Assembly (NCBI RefSeq): GCF_022539665.2
Contig: NC_081332.1
Span: 7,750,001-7,814,000 of the forward strand
Direction: 5' to 3'
DNA: 64,000 nucleotides
Source: Daphnia carinata
Taxonomy: Eukaryota
Shown piece after piece: positions 48,751 to 61,138 of the stretch (position 1 is the stretch's first letter; each line of letters begins with the position of its first letter). A model generated the notes under the pieces. That model worked only from the letters and a program-made list of their open reading frames with translations, was not told the origin of the DNA and searched no databases. Position numbers and translations under genes: made by a program.

Positions 48751-49434
48751 GTAACTCTCTTTAGAGATTCCGCCTGACTTCCGTCAAGACCAACGTTGCG
48801 TTGTCCTTCCTCGCTTATCGGGGACGCGGCTAACCCTCGTAAACGCCTGCTCTGCCTAGGCGGATCCGTACTCATCCACCGAGCACGTCTCTCTCCACCC
48901 AATGGTAGCTACGCGCTTTCCACAACACGGGTCTCGTCTCTCTCTCTCAACAATGGTAGGCCTGTCAGTTTCAATATCTACATTCCAACTCAAATATACG
49001 TGACGAATCAAGGAAATCGGCCAGGTCTGTGGTCCTGTACCACGGCAATTTAAGGCACTTTCTAGCCGGCCGGTCACACTTCCCAAGGACCCCTAAACAG
49101 CACCTGCCTCCAAGTCCCTTATTCAAAAACTTCCCAAGACCCGTGCGAAAAGAACAACAATTGCGCTTACCTTACTCAGCGTAACAGGTGGTACCCTGCA
49201 TCTCCACCATGTCACGGCCATGGATCTTTACCAAGATAGAGACGTCGTGCTTCAGATTAAAAGATAATGTGTATTTACCACAAGATGTTCCAGACACAAC
49301 TGCAAAACTAACTGCTCTAACCAATTATTCAAAAAGATATATGTGTTTTTATCCGACGAAGGTGGTTCCATAACACAACTGCATTTCAAACTATACTGCT
49401 GTAACCAATTGAATCAATATTATCCGACGCGACA

Positions 49435-50930
49435 ATTTCTAAAAGACGATCAAATATTCGTGCATTTAATGTGAATATAGTGTGATACAGTAAGTTTCAA
49501 TATCTACATTCAAACAGCATCAAATATACGTGTATTTAATGTGAATATAGTGTTAAAGAATCAGTTTCAATATCTACATTCAAAAACAGCATCAAATAGA
49601 CGTGTATTCAATGTGAATATAGTGTGATACAGTGAGTTTCAATATCTACATTCAAACAGCATCAAATATACGTGTATTCAATGTGAATATAGTGTGATAC
49701 AGAATCAGTTTCAATATCTACATTCAAACAGCATCAAATATATGTGTATTCAATGTGAATATAGTGTGATACAGTGAGTTTCAATATCTACATTCAAACA
49801 GCATCAAATATACGTGTATTCAATGTGAATATAGTGTGATACAGTGAGTTTCAATATCTACATTCAAACAGCATCAAATATACGTGTATTCAATGTAAAT
49901 ATAGTGTGATATGAGTTTCAATATCTACATTCAAACAGCATCAAATATACGTGTATTCAATGTGAATATAGTGTTATAGAATCAGTTTCAATATCTACAT
50001 TCAAACAGCATCAAATATACGTGTATTCAATGTGAATATAGTGTTATAGAATCAGTTTCAATATCTACATTCAAACAGCATCAAATATACGTGTATTCAA
50101 TGTGAATATAGTGTTATAGAATCAGTTTCAATATCTACATTCAAACAGCATCAAATATACGTGTATTCAATGTGAATATAGTGTTATAGAATCAGTTTCA
50201 ATATCTACATTCAAACAGCATCAAATATACGTGTATTCAATGTGAATATAGTGTGATACAGTAAGTTTCAATATCTACATTCAAACAGCATAAAATATAC
50301 GTGTATTCAATGTGAATATAGTGTGATACAGTGAGTTTTAATATCTACATTCAAACAGTATCAAATATACGTGTATTCAATGTGAATATAGTGTTATAGA
50401 ATCAGTTTCATGATCTACTTTCAAACAGCATCAAATATACGTGTATTCAATGTGAATAATAGTGTTATACAGTGAGTTTCAATATCTACATTCAAACAGC
50501 ATCAAATATACGTGTATTCAATGTGAATATAGTGTTCTAGAATCAGTTTTATGAACTATATTCAAACAGTATCAAATATACGTGTATTCAATGTGAATAT
50601 AGTGTTATAGAATCACTTCCGTAATCTACATTCAAACAGCATCAAAGATACGTGTATTTATTGTGAATATAGTGTGATACAGTGAGTTTCAATATCTACA
50701 TTAAAACAGCATCTAACATACGTGTATTCAATGTGAATATACTGTTATAGAATCAGTTTCAATAGCTACAGTCAAACAGCATCAAATATACGTGTATTCA
50801 ATGTGAATATAGTGTGATACAGTGAGTTCCAATATCTACATTCAAACAGCATCAAATATACTTGTATTCAATGTGAATATAGTGTTATAGAATCAGTTTC
50901 AATAGCTACATTCAAACAGCATCAAATATA
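49435..50930. repeat. 70-bp satellite, block 6
   Basis: Same unit. Confidence 0.96.
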
Positions 50931-53900
50931 TGTTAGAGTTCAACAGTATTCAGTTAGCTAGAGGCTTCTGTGTTATCACAGGCTTCTGTGTTGTCACAGG
51001 CTTCTGCATTGAATACAGGTAATTCTAACACTAAATAATATCTCCACAAACTTTCAATTATAATATATAAATATATGAAAATAGCTTGGAAAGAAAAGTT
51101 GCAGGGAATGTCAAACAACGTGGTTTTATGTCAGTAGACGACAGAATAGAGAGTGAACAATATATCAAAAGAGAAGCCTGCTCAAAAAAAAGAGATTTAT
51201 TTTAACGGAACTTCCAACACTCCCTCTCAAACTGCTACACCAATGGCGCTTGGACGAACATATCACAATGGCGATCTATAAGTCAGAGAACCGAGGGTTG
51301 GGAAGTGGTTTGGTGAATGGATCAGCTAGTTGACTGACAGTCGGAGTGAATGCCACGTCAATTTCTTTTGTCTCTTGGTATTGACGGATGAAGTAATAGC
51401 GCACATCGATGTGTTTGGTTCTCTGATGAAATTTTGGATTCTTGATAAGCTCGATTGCGGATTGATTGTCGCACTTAAGAGAAAGGGGTTGGTTCCATTC
51501 AGGTGCTAGGTCACGTAACAATCGACGAATCCAGATTGCTTTTTTCGTGGCTTCACAAGCAGCGATGAACTCTGCTTCTGTGGTAGATAACGCAATACAC
51601 AGTTGACGACGGCTGCTCCAAGCAACCGGCCCACCGTTGAAAATGAAAACATAACCTGATGTTGATTGGCGAGTTTCAATATTCCCGGCGTAATCTGCGT
51701 CTGTGTACCCAATAGGACCAGGCGGATCGGCGGAACAGAAGTTTAATCCGTAATTGAGGGTACCTTGTAGGTAGGAAAGAATTCTTTTTACGGCTGTCCA
51801 GTGATCCTGTTTTGGATCCTCACAAAACTGAGAAATTTGGTTAACAGAATAGGCTATGTCTGGTCGGGATAACAGCATAAGGTACATAAGACTCCCAACT
51901 GCTTCTTTGAATGGTGCCTGTACTGCCACCTTTCCATCTTGGCTCTTTTGTAGTCGTGAACCCGGATCAGCAGGTAGGCTCTTTGGACAGCAATCGCTCA
52001 TGTGGAACCGCTTCAGAATCTTTTTAATGTAGTCAGGTTGGGACAGGTAAAGTGTCTGGTTTGGGCGGTCACGTGTGATGGATAAGCCTACAAAGTGGTT
52101 TGCAATAGATGAACGCATATCAAAATGCTTTCCTAGATATTCAATTATTTGAGAAATTGCACTGCTGCTGCTGCTGCAAATCAGCCCTTCATCTACCCAA
52201 ATGATCACTATCACTAATTCATTTGGTTGTCGGCGGAAGTAGAGGCATGGATCAGCGTCACTTGGACGTAAGCCGAATTTTTTTAAGAAGGTATCAAAGT
52301 GGCGATTCCACACACGAGACGCTTGCTTTAGGCCATAGAGGCACTTGTGTAGACGGCAAACGAAATTTTCTTGGTTTGGAATAGCAAAACCTTCCGGCTG
52401 CTCCAGGTAAATCTCTTCATTTAATTCTCCATACAGGAACGCAGTTTTGATGTCTAGTTGTTTCATTTCTAGATTGTGAGCAGCGACAAACTAGAAAACT
52501 ATCCGTAGTGTGTCGTATTTGGCAACTGGTGCGTATGTCTCTCCATAATCGATGCCCCAGCGCTGGGAGAAACCTTTTGCCACTAATCTCGCCTTAAAAC
52601 GAAGGGATTCACCATGAACACCAGGCTTGACTTTGAACACCCATCTGCTCTTTATAGGTGATCTACCGGCTCGTAACTTTACCAGCGTCCAAGTTTTGTT
52701 ATGCATTAGAGAGTCGTACTCTTCTTTAATTGCCAGTTTCCAAAGATGGGCGTCAACAGATTTCATGGCATCTGAATAGCTGGTTGGTTCATAGGGCTCT
52801 TCTTCTGTCTGGTGAAAAACTGACTGTAGTGATTCCTCCCACTGACGTTTTGGTTCTCGGTGACGCAGGGGGTATGGAGAGTTGCGTACTCGTTCGGTAA
52901 CCTGTGGGACCAGGTGATTCTGTTTTTCTGATAATGGAGTAATTGTTTCTGATTGATCTGGTAGAAGAGGATTTAGAGTTATGTCGATCGTTGAGTCTCT
53001 TGTAATGGATGGTTCTTTTGTCAGTTCATTTGTCACTGTCAGATCTTCTTGTGCGATGGAATCTGGCTCCTCGATGTTGCGTTCATGGTGTATTCTAGGA
53101 ATTGGGATGAGTGAATCAGACAACGAAGCTAACGGATTAACAGTATCCGGAAAAGTGACATCAAAAGTGTTAGAGACTTGTTCGTCAAAAATGACGTCTC
53201 GACTAATATTGATTTTCCTCGTGACAGGATCCCAAAACCGGTAGGCTTTTTGTGTGGAACTGAAGCCAACAAAATAACACTTTTTGCTTTTTGAGTCAAG
53301 CTTTCTTCTTTCAGTCTTAGGTATATGGATTAACGCAACGGATCCAAAGATGCGCAAGTTCGAGATGTTGGGCTTTACACCATACCAGCTCTGATACGGT
53401 GTTGTTGGGGATGCTTTATTGGCGACACGATTCAACGTGTAAACAGTGCAGTCGATGGCTTCTGCCCAGAGCTCCAGGGGAAGATGTTTAGCGTGGAGAA
53501 GGCAGCGGCCACCTTCAACAATTGTTCGGTTGGCTCTTTCGGACACACCATTTTGTTCTGGCGTGTATGGTGCTGATGTCTCGTGGCGGATTCCTTTTGC
53601 AGACAGCCAGGCTTAGAAGGAACTATCCATGAATTCGCCACCATTATCTGATCTTAATGTGTGTATGATTTGTCCGGTCTCGGTGCGAGCTAAGTTGACA
53701 TAGCTTTTGAAACAGTCAGCTACTTCAGATTTTTGCTTAAGAAAGGAGACAACACGCCAGCCACTGTAGTCATCTGTAAATAGAACAAAGAATTTCGAGC
53801 CGCCAGGTGTTGTTACATGCATCGGACCGCAAACGTCTGAATGTATAAGTTGGCAAACTTGTGTGGCTCGAGTCCGACCTGTAGGGAAAGGATCCCGTTG

Positions 53901-55871
53901 CATTTTTCCTGATACACATCCCAAACATGGCTCTGTTGGTGGATTGTCGTTAGCCGGCAGGATGAGACCATCTACCAGCTGTTGAGAGACCATTTTGGAT
54001 ATTGTTTTATAGCTGATATGAGCTAATCGTTGATGCCAGATAGCAATAGATGGAGGTCCCGGTGAGGCAAAGCAGGCTACTTCATCATTCGGGTTGATAG
54101 TGATAGCTAGATGGTAGAGAGTTCTGCCCACGCGTTCTCCAACCAGCACGACGACATCGTCTTTGCAGAAACTCACATTCGATTCGACGAAAAGTACAGA
54201 AAGCCCCACATCTGTTACTGCAGCTATTGATAAGAGGTTTGTTCCAAGATCAGGCACGTATAGGACCATCTCAACAGTGAAAATGCGTTGGGCTCCACTG
54301 ACTGTTGCCGTGAACTCTACGTCGCCATGACCAAATACTGAGAGGCGAGTGTGGCCGATGCCATTTACGATCAATGAACCTGGTTTAACTGGGGTGAAGG
54401 TTTTGAAAAAGGATCGCTGATCTGACATGTGCTGAGTGGCACCTGAATCTGCGAACCAATCCTTTGAGCTGCGAGCTGTGTAGCAGGTAGAGTGGGATAA
54501 ATAGCCGTGATCTTCACTTTCTACAGTTTGAACTTGCATGCCAGGTGTGGATAAAACAAGTCTGCTCGTTGCTCCTCTTTCGTTTCTAATTCTAGAACGA
54601 CAAACGTCTTGCGTGTGATTAGGCTTGGAGCAGTCAGTGCATCGGGTATAAGGATGATGCCGGGGTGACCCCTCTTGTCTTGGTACTCTTCCACGTCGCC
54701 CTCGTAAAGTACTTAGGCGGCCGCGAAACGGGCGTGGTGAAAAGTTTTGGGCAAAGAAGGCAGTATCAAGAGTGTCTTGTTGTCCTCTGCTCCATCTTCT
54801 TGCCATGGTCTCTTCCTTTAGGAGACGAGAGGTCAACAAAGCTATAGTCTTGTCAGCGGCTGGCACGCTATCCCAGGCAGTAATGAAGCTACGAAAAACT
54901 TGGCGGTAGCGTGCAAATTATCTTGGTCATAATTTGTACATTGGTGACTGGTGCACCAACATCAGATAGTTGCGTTGCCATTGTCTCAATCTCAGTGATA
55001 TGCGACATAATGTCATGATCAGGCTGGAATTGATACTCAAAAAACTTTTGTTGTAAAATGTGTTGGTTTTCAACTGCATTGCGTAGGTGTTGTGCTGACA
55101 GGCGAACCCACATATCATGTGCAGTAGTGCAGTTAACAAGAGATCTTTGCTGTTGGGTTTCGATTGTAGCCTCTAAGTAGTTGCGAGCAAGTATGTCTCT
55201 TCTGAGCCACTCAGCAATAACACCACCGTTAACAATATTCTCTTCAACAACAACCTTAAATTGCAGAAAGTGAGATTGAATCTGTTGGCACTTGCAAAGT
55301 ATTGCATCTAAATACCTCAACAGGACAGGCTTCTTCCCCGTTAACAATGCTGACAAGATTGTGTTGTTCGAGCAACAGCCAACAACCAAATTTCCACAAA
55401 GAGAAATTCTGTCCATTAAATTTAGCTATTTGGCTTACTTCTCGTAGCGTAGAACTGGCCATCTTGATTCAGAAAGGGTACGTGAGCTGGGCCCATAACC
55501 TGTTAGAGTTCAAGAGTATTCAGTTAGCTAGAGGCTTCTGTGTTATCACAGGCTTCTGTGTTGTCACAGGCTTCTGCATTGAATACAGGTAATTCTAACA
55601 CTAAATAATATCTGCACAAACCTTCAATTATAATATATAAATATATGAAAATACCTTGGAAAGAAAAGTTGCAGGGAATGTTAAACAACGTGGGTTTATT
55701 TCAGCAGACGACAGAATAGAGAGTGAACAATATATCAAAAGAGAAGCCTGACACCATGGAATGATAGATGGCTCCCTCTAACATGATTCTTGTATGATTC
55801 TAACTCTAACGAAGGAGGGTTAATCAACGCCATCTATTTGTCAATTGCTTATGTTTGGTGAAACTCCAACA
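50931..55871 (-). mobile_element. Ty1/Copia LTR retrotransposon, full length, defective
   Basis: LTRs 50931-51219 and 55501-55871; 5-bp TSD ATATA; PBS GGTTATGGGCCCAG (55487-55500, copia-type half-tRNA-iMet); PPT TTGAGAGGGAG; PR-IN-RT-RH order. Confidence 0.96.
51276..55462 (-). pseudogene. Copia gag-pol polyprotein with a predicted intron at 55255-55315; one frameshift (~54895) and in-frame stops (53613, 52491)
   Basis: WFADSGATQHM, WHQRLAH, HSDVCGP, LRSDNGGEF, KARLVAKG, QLDIKTAFL, YTDADYAG, TKHIDVRYYF. The RT active site reads WVDE. Confidence 0.93.
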
Positions 55872-58800
55872 ATATACATGTATTCAATGTGAATATAGTG
55901 TTATAGAATCAGTTTCAATAGCTGCATTCAAACAGCATCAAATATAAGTGTATTCAATGTGAATATAGTGTTATAGAATCAGTTTCCATAGCTACATTCA
56001 AACAGCATCAAATATACGTGTATTCAATGTGAATATAGTGTTATAGAATCAGTTTCATGATCTACATTCAAACAGTATCAAATATACGTGTATTCAATGT
56101 GAATATAGTGTGATACAGTGAGTTTCAATATATACATTGAAACAGCATGAAATATACGTGTATTCAATGTTAATATAGTGTGATACTGTGAGTTTCAATA
56201 TCTACATTCAATTAGTATCAAATATGCGTGTATTCAATGTGAATATAGTGTGATACAGTGATTTCCAATATCTACATTCAAACAGTATCAAATATACGTG
56301 TATTCAATGTGAATATAGTGTTATAGAATCAGTTTCAATAGCTACATTCAAACAGCATCAACTATACGTGTATTCAATGTGAATATATTGTTATAGAATC
56401 AGTTTCAATATCTACATTCAAACAGCATCAAATATACGTGTATTAAATGTGAATATAGTGTTATATAATCAGTTTCAATATCTACATTCTAAAAGCATCA
56501 AATATACGTGTATTCAATGTAAATATAGTGTGATACAGAGAGTTTCAATATCTACATTCAAACAGCATCAAATATACGTCTGTTCAATGTGAATTTAGTG
56601 TGATACAGTGAGTTTCAATATCTACATTCAAACAGCATCAAATAAACGTTATTCAATATGAATATAGTGTTTTAGAATGAGTTTCATGATCTACATTCAA
56701 ACAGTATCAAATATACGTGTATTCAATGTGCATATAGTGTGATACAGTGAGTTTCAATATCTACATTCAAATAGCATCAAATATACGTGTATTCAATGTG
56801 AATATAGTGTTATAGAATCAAATTCATGATCTACATTCTAAAAGCATCAACTATACGTGTATTCAATGTGAATATAGTGTGATACAGTGAGTTTCAATAT
56901 CTACATTCAAACAGCATCAAATATACGTGTATTCAATATGAATATAGTGTTATAGAATCAGTTTCAATATCTACATTCAAACACAATCAAATATACGTGT
57001 ATTCAATGTGAATATAGTGTGATACAGTGAGTTTCAATATCTACATTCAAACAGCATCAAATATACGTGTATTCAATATGAATATAGTGTTATAGAATCA
57101 GTTTCAATATCTACATTCAAACAGTATCAAATTTACGTGTATTCAATATGAATATTGTGTTATAGAATCAGTTTCAATAGCTACATTCAAACAGCATAAA
57201 ATATACGTGTATTCAATGTGAATATAGTGTTATAGAATCAGTTTCAATATCTACATTCAAACAGTATCAAATATACGTGTATTCAATGTGAATATAGTGT
57301 GATATAGTGAGTTTCAATATCTACATTCAAACAGCATCAAATATACGTGTATTCAATATGAATATAGTGTTATAGAATCAGTTTCAATAGCTAAAGTCAA
57401 ACAGCATAAAATATACGTGTATTCAATGTGAATATAGTGTTATAGAATCAGTTTCAATAACTACATTCAAACAGCATCAAATATACGTGTATTCAATGTG
57501 AATATAGTTTGATAGAGTGAGTTCCAATATCTGCATTCAAAGAGTATCAAATATACGTGTATTCAATGTGAATATAGTATGATACAGTGAGTTTCAATAT
57601 CTACATTCAAAGAGCATCAAATATACGTGTATTCAATGTGAATATAGTGTTCTAGAATCAGTTTCAATATCTACATTCAAACAGCATCAAATAAACGTGT
57701 ACTCAATGTGAATATAGTGTGATACAGTGAGTTTCAATATCTACATTCAAACAGTATCAAATATACGTGTATTCAATGTGAATATAGTGTTCTAGAATCA
57801 GTTTCATGATCTACATTCAAACAGTATCAAATATGCGTGTATTGAATGTGAATATAGTGTGATACAGTGAGTTTCAATATCTACATTCAAACAGCATCAA
57901 ATATACGTGTATTCAATGTGAATATAGTGTGATACAGTGAGTTTCAATATCTACATTCAAACAGCATCAAATATACGTGTATTCAATGTGAATATAGTGT
58001 TAAAGAATCAGATTCAATATCTACATTCAAACAGCATCAAATATACGTGTATTTAATGTGAATATAGTGTGAAAGAATCAGTTTCAATATCTACATTCAA
58101 ACAGCATCAAATATACGTGTATTCAATGTGAATATAGTGTTAAAGAATCATTTTCAATATCTACATTCAAACAGCATCAAATATACGTGTATTCAAAGTG
58201 AATATAGTGTGATAGAGTGAGTTTCAATATCTACATTCAAACAGCATCAAATATACGTGTATTCGATGTGAATATAGTGTGATAAAGTGAGTTTCAGTAT
58301 CTACATTGAAACAGGTTCTAAAATACGTGTATTCAATGTTAGTACAGTGTTATATAATCAGTTTCAACATCTGAATTCAAACAGCATCAAATATACGTGT
58401 ATTCAGTGTGAATATAGTGTAAAAGAATCAGTTTCAATATTTACATTCAAACAGCATCAAATATACGTGTATTCAGTGTGAATATAGTGTTAAAGAATCA
58501 GTTTCAATATCTACATTCAAACAGCATCAAATATACGTGTATTCAATGTGAATATAGTGTGATACAGTGAGTTTCAATATTTACATTCAAACAGCATCAA
58601 ATATACATGTATTCAATGTGAATATAGTGTTATAGAATCAGTTTCAATATCTACATTCAAACAGCATCAAATATACGTGTATTCAATTTGAATATAGTGT
58701 GATACAGTGAGTTTCAATATCTACATTCAAACAGCATCATATATACGTGTATTTAATGTGAATATAGTGTTATAGAATCAGTTTCATGATCTACATTCAA

Positions 58801-58996
58801 ACAGTATCAAATATACGTGTATTCAATGTGAATATAGTATTATAGAATCAGTTTCAATATCTACATTCAAACAGCATCAAATATACGTGTATTTAATGTG
58901 ACCATAGTGTTATAGAATCAGGTAATCTTCATTCAACCAGCATGAAATATACGTGTACTCAATGTGAATATAGTGTTATAGAATCAGATTCAATAT
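55872..58996. repeat. 70-bp satellite, block 7
   Basis: Same unit. Confidence 0.97.
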
Positions 58997-59200
58997 TGTA
59001 AAGTTCCTTATACCTCGTGTATTACAGTGGATTTGCCGGAACAATTCCGAATTTCATGGTACAAACATGCAGTATTTATACTACTTAAGAACACACAAAT
59101 TGAAGGTAAAATGGGAGGGGATACGTTCACTTTCACTTGTGAACCGCTTTAGGGGTGTAGACGGTGTGGCTGTCTTTGGATAGCCTTTGGGCTCGTTACA
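58997..59200 (-). repeat. Probable 3' LTR (204 bp) of a further LTR element; partner LTR not in window
   Basis: TGTAAAG...CGTTACA directly after satellite CAATAT; polypurine tract GAAGAGGGGAAGGAA (59201-59215) on the minus strand. Confidence 0.75.
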
Positions 59201-59334
59201 TTCCTTCCCCTCTTCGATAATAAGAATTGGTCCTCCAATTTGCATTTTCCGTCACTGGCTACAGTTGTTGCTATGGTTGAATAATAAAACTTGTTCCTTT
59301 ACCACAAATTTATAAAAAGAGTTATATGTGTTTT

Positions 59335-60728
59335 TTAAAAAGATTGCTGACGTAGTGTCTCCTTTCTTTTCTTCTTGCTTTTCTTTCTGCCCGGTATTTC
59401 TGCTATGTTGATTATGGCTTGTTCATTTTTCTCGCGGCAGTATTGTTGTGGTTCTTTTCTTTTATTTCTAGTCAGGAAACTACCGTTATGTTTTAGCTCC
59501 CATTTTTGGAATATGATTTGCGCTCTTTTGCTGCATGCTTCTGATCCAGCCGCGTGTCCATGAGAGTCTTTTATCCCTGCGTCTGCTCCGTATAGCAGTA
59601 AAATCTCGATCATGTCGATTCGGTTGAATCCGGTTGCTATGTGTAAGGCGGTTTCGCCTGAGTCATCTTGTTGGTTGATATTGATAATTCTCTTCGCGCA
59701 AATTTGGTTGGCCAGATCTTCTAGGCCATACATGGCTAAATAATGTAGAACGGTTCTACCACCAGGTGTTGCAATGTTGATGTTAGTTGGTGTCCATATT
59801 AACTTGCACATTCTTGGTTTTTGTGTGAGATTGCCAACATTAAGGGAGTTTCTCCGTTGTAGTTGCGAGCTGTAAATTCGCAGTTGTTATGTTTTAGGAT
59901 TCTTAGTAACAGCAGATCATTTTTGGCCGCTGCGATATGACCAATTGTTTTGCCGTGATAGAGTATTTCCGAGTCTGCTCCGAAGGATAGTAGAAGATCG
60001 GTGATGTCGTACCTACATCTTCGTACGCTGGTGTGGAGTAGTGTCTGTTCCTCATCGAATCTTTCATTGAGGAATGTGGCCATCTTCTGTCTTGGCCAAC
60101 CCTGTTGTGTTTTGAATTTGTTTTGGATGCACCTTCTTACTACCTGCATTGAAGCTCCTATCATTGTTAATGAAAGTTTTCCGTTTTCTAAGTCTATCAT
60201 GGCTTCTCTTCGTAGTTGTATTTTTTCTGCTCGCTCCGCTGATATGGATGCCATCGTTTTCATCCGACAGTTTTTGCATGATTCCGTTTCCCTCTGTTGG
60301 ACGTCCAGCTTGTTCCTTTTTTGAGGAGGCTCACATTGAAGGTAGGTATCACTGTCATATCCTAATATAAAATCACCACTGTATTCACTTTCCCTATCGG
60401 GTTCTATTCCACTATACGCCATTAATCCCTCGTTTTCATCATCACTTTATTCACTGCTGTCATTTACTTCCTCTTTATTTCCGTAAAAGTCGTTCTTTTC
60501 CGTTTCTATTCCATTCCATCCCATGTATTGCACTAATTTCTTGTTGTCATCCGTATTTTTCGGACTTTCTCTTGCTCTGCCCTCCGGTTGGCTATGCTCA
60601 CTTTTGGTGTTCTCGATGGTGAACAGTTCGTTTATTTTTTCCATTTTTCTGGGGATGATGGTACCTTTACAGTCGTAAATTTTGGTGATGAAATTGTTTG
60701 CCTTTTTGAGATGAGTAACGTGATGCAC
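59335..60728 (-). pseudogene. Intronless ankyrin-repeat protein (~5 repeats), broken by a stop (60447) and a frameshift (~59800)
   Basis: QTLLHTSVRR, GKTIGHIAA, GETPLMLAI, GRTVLHYLA, GETALHIATGFNRIDMIEILLLYGAD. ORF 60447-60728 is in frame with 59799-60422. Confidence 0.85.
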
Positions 60729-61138
60729 ACTCTGAATTGTAAAACTTTGTTGGATTTATGCCGTTGAAACACTGGGGAGAGTTTAAACCTTACAAAGTTT
60801 GTCGCATTGCTTTTCTCTTTTCCTTGAAGTTCTTGATTCTATGTTCTTAATTTAATAACAAGTTTTCGTGCATTTAATTATGTTCTTTTTTTCTGTTTTA
60901 TCCCCTTGGTTCTACGTCTTGTGGTGTGTTGACATTTGGATTTATCGTAGTGCGAGTCGACGAAAATTCTGTTTGTATTTGAACTTTCTTTATTCCTTTT
61001 TCAGTCGTTGTCGTTTCTTATAGAGATTTTATTGAACTTCTTGATCTTCGTTAGTTATCTTCGTTCTTTCGTAGAGATTACTGCTTCTTTTTGTTGCTCT
61101 TGTTTTGAGTTTTATTATTTATTTATATTTTTTTTTCG

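Larger units (their letters stand above)
46436..49434 (-). mobile_element. Non-autonomous gag-only Gypsy-type LTR element
   Basis: LTR-like repeats at ~46436-46760 and 49210-49434 (second copy degraded or garbled); tRNA-Ala PBS at 49194-49209; PPT AGGAGGGGGA at 46761-46770; no pol. Confidence 0.85.

Noticed and set aside
1..58996. CRISPR-like array reading of the 70-bp repeat
   Set aside because: The variable part has only two or three recurring alleles rather than unique spacers; there are no cas genes and the context is eukaryotic.
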